Origin: Planctomycetota bacterium
GTDB taxonomy: Bacteria; Planctomycetota; PLA2
Direction of reading: 5' to 3'
Assembly (NCBI GenBank): GCA_036443405.1
Contig: JAZFYD010000122.1
Location: 7,755 to 71,754 of the forward strand
Length of the DNA: 64,000 nt
Made by a program: the position numbers and the translations under genes. The notes beneath the pieces were generated by a model. The model saw only the letters and a list, made by a program, of their open reading frames with translations. It was not told the DNA's origin and searched no databases. This document shows positions 58,393 through 64,000 of this stretch, piece by piece. Every line of letters starts with the position of its first letter. The first letter of the stretch is position 1.

Positions 58393-58692
58393 ATGGCGCC
58401 TGAAACCATCGCTACGCATAATGCGTCCATGACGCTCGCATCGCGATTCCGTACGTGGATCGGAGAGGAAATCGGGAGCAACGCGGTCCCGGCGATCCGC
58501 GCCCATTTGGAGATGAACGGCTACCGACTATTCAGCTTCGTGGAGCACGACGGCCGCTGGCGCCGCGATGTCTATCACGCTGAACACGGGTTTTTCCAGG
58601 CGCACGGCGTCGAGGACGGGGAAGCGCTCCTGCGCATCCTCTGCCAGATCTGGTTGGTCGAGTCACTCGCGGCCGTGCCCGAGCAGGGCTAG
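58393..58692 (+). CDS. Small hypothetical protein
   Basis: 99-aa ORF with host-like codon usage; no motif recognised. Confidence 0.55.
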   Translation: MAPETIATHNASMTLASRFRTWIGEEIGSNAVPAIRAHLEMNGYRLFSFVEHDGRWRRDVYHAEHGFFQAHGVEDGEALLRILCQIWLVESLAAVPEQG

Positions 58693-58744
58693 ACGGACCC
58701 TAGTACCTGCGGCCGCCGCGCGCGCACTCGCGCCGGGCCAAGCT

Positions 58745-58947
58745 TAGGGTCTGTCTGAAAACTCCTCCTGGCTTCGATCGGCTGGGAGTACCGCCGGCTC
58801 AACGGCTGACGCCGTTGATGCGTTCCGTCAGGCGCCGTTCGCCTCCTCGCGGTAGCTTTCGATGGATACGGCGTCGTCGGCGAACGACGCCTGACGAACC
58901 TCCCAGCTCGATCTCTGGCCGACGGAGGAGTTCTCAGACAGACCCTA
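58745..58947. mobile_element. MITE-like non-autonomous element (203 bp) with 24-bp terminal inverted repeats
   Basis: Left end TAGGGTCTGTCTGAAAACTCCTCC versus reverse complement of right end TAGGGTCTGTCTGAGAACTCCTCC (23/24); terminal TA; no ORF; nested internal inverted repeats. Confidence 0.85.
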
Positions 58948-59003
58948 GGCGCCACTGCTATATTCGCCGATTCGCTTAAAGGCGCGTCGGGAGGACATTC
59001 TGC

Positions 59004-60077
59004 ATGCAAACCATCGGCGTGATCGCCGGAGACGGCATCGGTGAAGAGGTCGTAAACGAGGGCCTCCGGGTACTCGAGGCCGTGGCCGCTGTAACCGGAT
59101 TCCAATACAAACTCGAGCACTACCCCTACGGCGCGGAGCATTACCTGAAGACGGGGGAGGCCTTCCCGGATTCGGCATTGCGCGCGATTCGCGACCAAGA
59201 CGCCGTACTGCTGGGCGCCGTCGGCGACCCGCGTGTCGAGACCGGCTACCTCGAGCGCGAGATCATCATGGGCCTGCGCTTTGGCCTCGATCTCTATGTC
59301 AACCTGCGGCCGATCAAGCTCTACGCGGAGCACCTCTGCCCGCTCAAGGGTGTGACGCCGGCGCAGATCGACATGACGATCGTTCGCGAGAACACCGAGG
59401 GCGGTTACCTCGGCCTCGGCGGCCTGGTCAAGAAGGGCACGCCGGACGAGATCGCGATCTGCGACATGGTCTGGACGCGCAAGGGTGTTGAGCGCGTCAT
59501 CCGCTACTCGTTCGAACTCGCGCGGAGCCGCAACAAGAAAAAGCGCGTGACGCTGATCGACAAAGCGAACGCGATTCGCCCGCAGGACCTCTGGACGCGC
59601 ACGTTCGAGGAGGTCGGCGCGGAGTACCCCGACATCGAGCGCGACCACGCGTACATCGATGCCGCGTGCATGTGGATGGTGAAAAACCCCGAGTGGTTCG
59701 ACGTCGGCGTGACGACCAACCTCTTCGGCGACATCATCACCGACCTCGGCGCGATCCTGCAGGGCGGGCTCGGCGTGGCCGCTTCCGGCAACCTGCACCC
59801 GGGCAAGGTCTCCATGTTCGAGCCGATCCACGGATCGGCACCCAAGTACAAGGGCAAGAACGTTGCCTGTCCGGTCGCGACGATCGCCGCGGTCCAGATG
59901 ATGCTGGACTACCTCGGCGATTCCGACGGCGCTCAACTCATCGATGACGCCATCACCTCGGTGCTGCGCACGAAGAAGATCCCTTCGCTGAAGGCCGGCG
60001 CGATCCCGACGGACAAGGCCGGGGAGATCATCATCGACGAGATCAAGTCGGCGGCCGGGAAGGCCGGGGCGGGGCGA
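59004..60077 (+). CDS. leuB: 3-isopropylmalate dehydrogenase (isocitrate/isopropylmalate DH family); no stop, reads into rhomboid
   Basis: GDGIGEEV, LLGAVGDP, NLRPIK, RENTEG, DKAN, NLFGDIITD, FEPIHGSAP. Domain ends near 60077. Confidence 0.85.
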
Positions 60078-60089
60078 GCAGGAGGGATC

Positions 60090-61301
60090 GTGTTCCTCCC
60101 GATCGGCGACTACCCCACCCCGCGAGGGGTCACTCCGTGGGTCACACGGCTCCTGATTGGCCTCAACGTCCTGGCGTTCTTTGCCGTCAACATTTCGGGC
60201 AACCGTCTGCTCACCGACGAGGAGCGCCGGGATCCGGAGATCCGCGCGGCCGTGGACACGCTCTGGGAGATGGAGACGAAGCTCGCCCTGGCGCACGGCG
60301 AGGCGCCGCAGCCCCGCGCGTCGTTCGAGAACACCGTCTCCGCGACCGACGTGACGCTCTGGCGCTTCGGTTACAAGCCGGGCCAGGCGAGCCTGCTCAC
60401 GCTGCTTCTGTGCATCTTCTTGCACGGCGGATGGATGCACATCTTCGGCAACATGCTGTTCTTGTGGATCTACGGCGACAACGTCGAGGCACGGCTCGGG
60501 CACATCGGCTACCTCGTTGCGTATCTCGTTACGGGCGTCATCGCGACGCTGGCGTTCGCAGTTCGCAACTCCGATAGCCTCATCCCGTTGATCGGCGCTT
60601 CGGGTGCGATCTCCGGCGTGCTCGGCCTGTACCTGATCTGGTTTCCGCACAACCGGATCCGCATCCTCTACTTCTTCTTTTTCATCGGGACCCTCGACCT
60701 GCCGGCGTACGTCGTGTTGTTGTTCTACATCGTGCTCGAGAACCTTCTGCCGGAGTTCGCGGGCGCGGGTGGCAGCACCGCGTATCTCGCGCACATCGGC
60801 GGGTTCTTCGCGGGCGTTTTAGGCGCGGTCGCCATCAACATGATTACCGGCAAGCGTCCAGTACCGGTGCCGGACGTGCGCGGATGGCGCAACCGGCGCG
60901 TGCGCCGCAGCCCGATGTCCGAACTCCGGCGTAGTTCGGCGACCGAAGCTTTCACCGAAGCGATGCGTGGCGGGCGCATGGCGGAGGCCGCACACGCGTT
61001 TGCGCGGGTGGCGCGCGAGGGTGGAGCGACGCCCGCTGCCTCCGATGTGTTCCAGCTCGGCCAGTGGCTCTATGACTCGAGCTACGCGCGCGATGCGATC
61101 GCGGTGTTCCGTTATTACATGCGCCAATTCCCGCGCGGCCAGGACCTCGATCGCGTGCACCTCGGCGCCGGCATCCTGAAGGCGCGTGTGCTGAAACAGC
61201 CGCAATCCGCCCGCCAAGACTTCCTGACGGCGATCGATCTGGCGCGGGACAAGACCACGGCCGACCTCGCGCGGGCGGAGTTGGAGCGTTTGGGCGGTTA
61301 G
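60090..61301 (+). CDS. Rhomboid intramembrane serine protease with C-terminal TPR-like domain (in frame with leuB)
   Basis: GGAGG plus GTG start (MFLPIGD); HGGWMHIFGNMLFLWIYGDNVE, GASGAISG, AHIGGF. Confidence 0.85.
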   Translation: MFLPIGDYPTPRGVTPWVTRLLIGLNVLAFFAVNISGNRLLTDEERRDPEIRAAVDTLWEMETKLALAHGEAPQPRASFENTVSATDVTLWRFGYKPGQASLLTLLLCIFLHGGWMHIFGNMLFLWIYGDNVEARLGHIGYLVAYLVTGVIATLAFAVRNSDSLIPLIGASGAISGVLGLYLIWFPHNRIRILYFFFFIGTLDLPAYVVLLFYIVLENLLPEFAGAGGSTAYLAHIGGFFAGVLGAVAINMITGKRPVPVPDVRGWRNRRVRRSPMSELRRSSATEAFTEAMRGGRMAEAAHAFARVAREGGATPAASDVFQLGQWLYDSSYARDAIAVFRYYMRQFPRGQDLDRVHLGAGILKARVLKQPQSARQDFLTAIDLARDKTTADLARAELERLGG

Positions 61302-61427
61302 CGCCTCTGCCTTGGCCTGCGCCTCGGACTCTGCCTAGATCCTCCGCTTGGACCTCTACCTACGCATCCGTGAAGCAGGACGAGGGCCGAGGTTCAGGCC
61401 TGGGAGAAGGCCGAGGATGAGGCGCTA
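61299..61427. repeat. Hexamer-periodic imperfect inverted-repeat element between convergent stops
   Basis: tagcgcctc...gaggcgcta ends; left arm GCCTCT GCCTTG GCCTGC GCCTCG GACTCT GCCTAG; purine-rich right arm. Confidence 0.6.
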
Positions 61428-62603
61428 GGCGCCCACGAACTTCGCGAGGCGGGCGCAGCCCTCGCGGATGGCGTCGTCGATGCACGCGTAGCTCAGCCGG
61501 ATGCTCGTCGGGGCGCCGAAGGCCTCGCCGGGGACACACGCCACGAGGTGCTCGTCGAGCAGTCGGTTCGTGAACTCGAACGGCGTGTCGCCGGTCTTCT
61601 CGTTGAGCGCGCCCGAAATGTCGGGGAAGCAGTAGAACGCGCCCGTCGGCGGCACGAGTTCGAACCCCGGAATCTCCACGAGCAGTTGCGACATCAACAG
61701 CCGGCGCCGGTCGAAAGCGAGGCGCATCTCCTCGACGGCGTCCTGCGGGCCGGTCAGCGCGGCGACTGCCGCGGCCTGCGCGATGGCTGTGGGGTTGGAT
61801 GTCGTGTGCGATTGAAAACGCGTCATCGCACCGATGACGTCCTTGGGGCCGGTCGCGTAACCGATGCGCCAGCCGGTCATCGCGTACGACTTCGAGACGC
61901 CGTTGACGGTCACGATGCGATCGGCGAGTTCCGGACACGCCGCCGCGAACGACGAGAACTCGGTGTCGCCATAAACGAGGTGCTGATAGATCTCGTCGCT
62001 CAGTACCGCAACATCGGGTCGCGCTGCGAGCACCGGCGCGAGCGCGCGGATCTGTTCGCGGGTGTGCGTGACACCAGACGGGTTGCCGGGGCTGTTGAAG
62101 ATCAACAGCTTCGTCTTGTCCGTCATCGCCGCCGCGAGCCGTTCCGGCGTGAGGATGCAAGCGTCGGGACCGGTGTCCACAACAACCGTCCGGCCGCCGG
62201 CCGCGTCGACCATCGACGGGTAGCTGACCCAGTACGGCGCGGGCACGATGACTTCGTCGCCGTCGTCGACCAACACCTGGACCGCGTTGTAGAGCGAGTG
62301 CTTGGCGCCGCACGACGCGAGCACGTTGCCCGCGGCCGCGCCTTCGATGCCGCTTTTGCGAAACGCCGCCGCGATGGCTTCCCGCAGCGCGGGCGTGCCC
62401 GCGACCGGCGTGTAGCCGCCGATGCGCCCGTCGAGGCTTCTTCGCGCGGCCTCCTTGATCGGTTCAGGGGTATCGAAGTCCGGTTGCCCGACGCCGAACC
62501 CGAGGACACGCTTACCCTCTGCCGCCAGCGCCTTCGCTTTGGCGTCGATCGCGAGTGTGACGGATTCGCTCAGGCTGCCTGCGCGGCGGCTCAATCTCAG
62601 CAT
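61425..62603 (-). CDS. aspC: PLP-dependent class I aminotransferase (aspartate aminotransferase-like)
   Basis: GQPDFDTP, PYWVSY, NSPGNPSG, SDEIY, SKSYAMTGWRIG. Confidence 0.9.
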   Translation of the reverse strand: MLRLSRRAGSLSESVTLAIDAKAKALAAEGKRVLGFGVGQPDFDTPEPIKEAARRSLDGRIGGYTPVAGTPALREAIAAAFRKSGIEGAAAGNVLASCGAKHSLYNAVQVLVDDGDEVIVPAPYWVSYPSMVDAAGGRTVVVDTGPDACILTPERLAAAMTDKTKLLIFNSPGNPSGVTHTREQIRALAPVLAARPDVAVLSDEIYQHLVYGDTEFSSFAAACPELADRIVTVNGVSKSYAMTGWRIGYATGPKDVIGAMTRFQSHTTSNPTAIAQAAAVAALTGPQDAVEEMRLAFDRRRLLMSQLLVEIPGFELVPPTGAFYCFPDISGALNEKTGDTPFEFTNRLLDEHLVACVPGEAFGAPTSIRLSYACIDDAIREGCARLAKFVGA

Positions 62604-62687
62604 GGGGCGTAGTCTACCGAACGGTCCATGCCCTTTGCGGCGTCCAAGCGGGGCGGAACGCGCGGTGCGTGTTAAGTTGCGTTGCTC

Positions 62688-64000
62688 ATGCCTTGGCGTC
62701 GGATTCTCAAGTGGTTTCTCTACACCTCAGCGGCCCTGGCCCTGATTCTGCTCGTGTTTGTCTGGGCGGTCCTGGGCGTGAACCCGTTCGAGGGGGACGA
62801 GGACCAGCTCTACAAGTTGGTTTCCCACGAGGTTCAGGTGTTCATGCGCTTCCCCGGTGGGCGGCTGCTGGACCAGCCGCTCGTCAAGAACCTCGGCGGA
62901 TCCGCGGGTTATGAGGCGATCGAGGACCTGCGGGACCAGCTCGCGGACGCCGCGCTCCAGATCGCCGAGGACGTTAACCCGAACATCCCCGGCGGGATCA
63001 TCGAGATCGATCTTAAGCGCGATCTCCTCGACAAGGAGATGGCGATCGCGGGGTCGATCAGCGACTACACCCACCCGCGGTTCGACCACTTCATCGCGCT
63101 CGTGCGCATTCCGTTTTATGCGCGCTACCTTTCGGCGCTGAAGCGCGGGTTCGTCAGCTCGAACTTGCCGTCCGGCGCGGAGATCGAGGTCAAGAAGGGT
63201 CTCTATTTCAAGATGAGGCTGCCGCCGGCGACGGTGGATCAGCTGCGCCCGCTGCGCAGCGTGATGGCGCGCGAAGAGGATGACGTCCTCTACCTCGCGC
63301 GCATCAAGGACGTTCTGCTGATCAGCGACAACGAGTACTGGATTCAGCACGCGTTCCAATCGCGGCTCGGCGCGACGCTTCCCGCGGACTCGTTTTTCGA
63401 GACCGAGTTCATGGCGAGTTCCAAGGGCGGGCCGTGGGTGGAGACCTACCTGCGCGGAGATCTCGCGCGCGGTTTCTTCACCAAGCACAGCCGCGGCGTG
63501 CTGCGCCAGGTCAACGCGGTGTTGCCGTATCAGCTGGCCGGCGAGATGACGCTGCGCGCGTTCGCTCCGAACGGGAGGTCCGTCGAGCTGGATTGGACCA
63601 ACAGGCCGGGCGAGGACGCGTTTCAGAAGGCGGCGGATCACGTCAACTCGATTTTCGACAGTGAGAAGGCGGACGTTCACTACGACCTGAGCACCGAGGG
63701 GTTGGGCAAGTTCATTCCGCGCGATCGCGTCGTGGGGGCGATGGTCATGCGCATGTCGTCGCGCGATCTCGTCGAGACGTTGCTTGCAATGATGTCACGC
63801 GACGACATCCAGTTGGCGGACGAAGGTATTCGCGAAACGTCCCGCACAAGCGGCCTTCGCTACAGCACGCTGCGGGAGATGTTGAGCAAGCTCGCCACGA
63901 ACTTCGGCGACAGCCTGCTGTTCGTGGCGCATCGGCCCGCGGCATTTGACAGTGTGGACTACTCCCGACTGTTCGACGCCGACGACGCTGACGAGTTCAC
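62688..64000 (+). CDS. Membrane-anchored hypothetical protein (3'-truncated)
   Basis: Manual translation MPWRRILKWFLYTSAALALILLVFVWAVLGVNPFEG...; host-like codon usage; appears to run off the window edge. Confidence 0.75.
   Translation, partial: MPWRRILKWFLYTSAALALILLVFVWAVLGVNPFEGDEDQLYKLVSHEVQVFMRFPGGRLLDQPLVKNLGGSAGYEAIEDLRDQLADAALQIAEDVNPNIPGGIIEIDLKRDLLDKEMAIAGSISDYTHPRFDHFIALVRIPFYARYLSALKRGFVSSNLPSGAEIEVKKGLYFKMRLPPATVDQLRPLRSVMAREEDDVLYLARIKDVLLISDNEYWIQHAFQSRLGATLPADSFFETEFMASSKGGPWVETYLRGDLARGFFTKHSRGVLRQVNAVLPYQLAGEMTLRAFAPNGRSVELDWTNRPGEDAFQKAADHVNSIFDSEKADVHYDLSTEGLGKFIPRDRVVGAMVMRMSSRDLVETLLAMMSRDDIQLADEGIRETSRTSGLRYSTLREMLSKLATNFGDSLLFVAHRPAAFDSVDYSRLFDADDADEF

Noticed and set aside
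1513-63680. Many long antisense or alternate-frame ORFs (e.g. 1513-2742+, 7933-9567-, 20812-22581+, 51134-53029-, 58689-60794-, 62727-63680-)
   Set aside because: They shadow well-supported genes, give low-complexity Arg/Ala/Pro-rich products, and are expected from stop-codon scarcity at high GC.

Overview
High-GC (hand count about 68% in a typical gene) bacterial chromosome segment. The gene repertoire suggests an uncultured Planctomycetota-like organism (inference): DUF1501/DUF1800, DUF1570-like pair, ECF sigma factors with long extensions, carboxypeptidase-regulatory-domain proteins, HEAT and prenyltransferase-repeat proteins. About 50 CDS are supported, including polA, clpP, leuB, an aspartate aminotransferase, a polar amino-acid ABC transporter, M42/M48 peptidases, a GT2, a deoxyhypusine-synthase-like protein and a split spermidine-synthase-like pair. 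No rRNA, tRNA, CRISPR array or transposase was recognised. The best candidate for an undescribed system is at 8.2-18.4 kb. It comprises a ~1360-aa sigma54 enhancer-binding protein (no receiver domain, Walker B E->R, winged-helix output), a 1663-aa degenerate Ser/Thr kinase-STAND-TPR-GAF-histidine kinase, and a convergent 113-aa secreted protein ending ...GG-ELVHD behind an AT-rich promoter region. Other notable items are an in-frame leuB-rhomboid fusion probably caused by a TGA->CGA stop loss, a family of covarying REP-like hairpins, a 203-bp MITE, an ECF-LRR gene with an internal RBS/start, and a secretin-like motif inside an anti-sigma factor. All domain calls come from motif recognition by eye; no searches were run.
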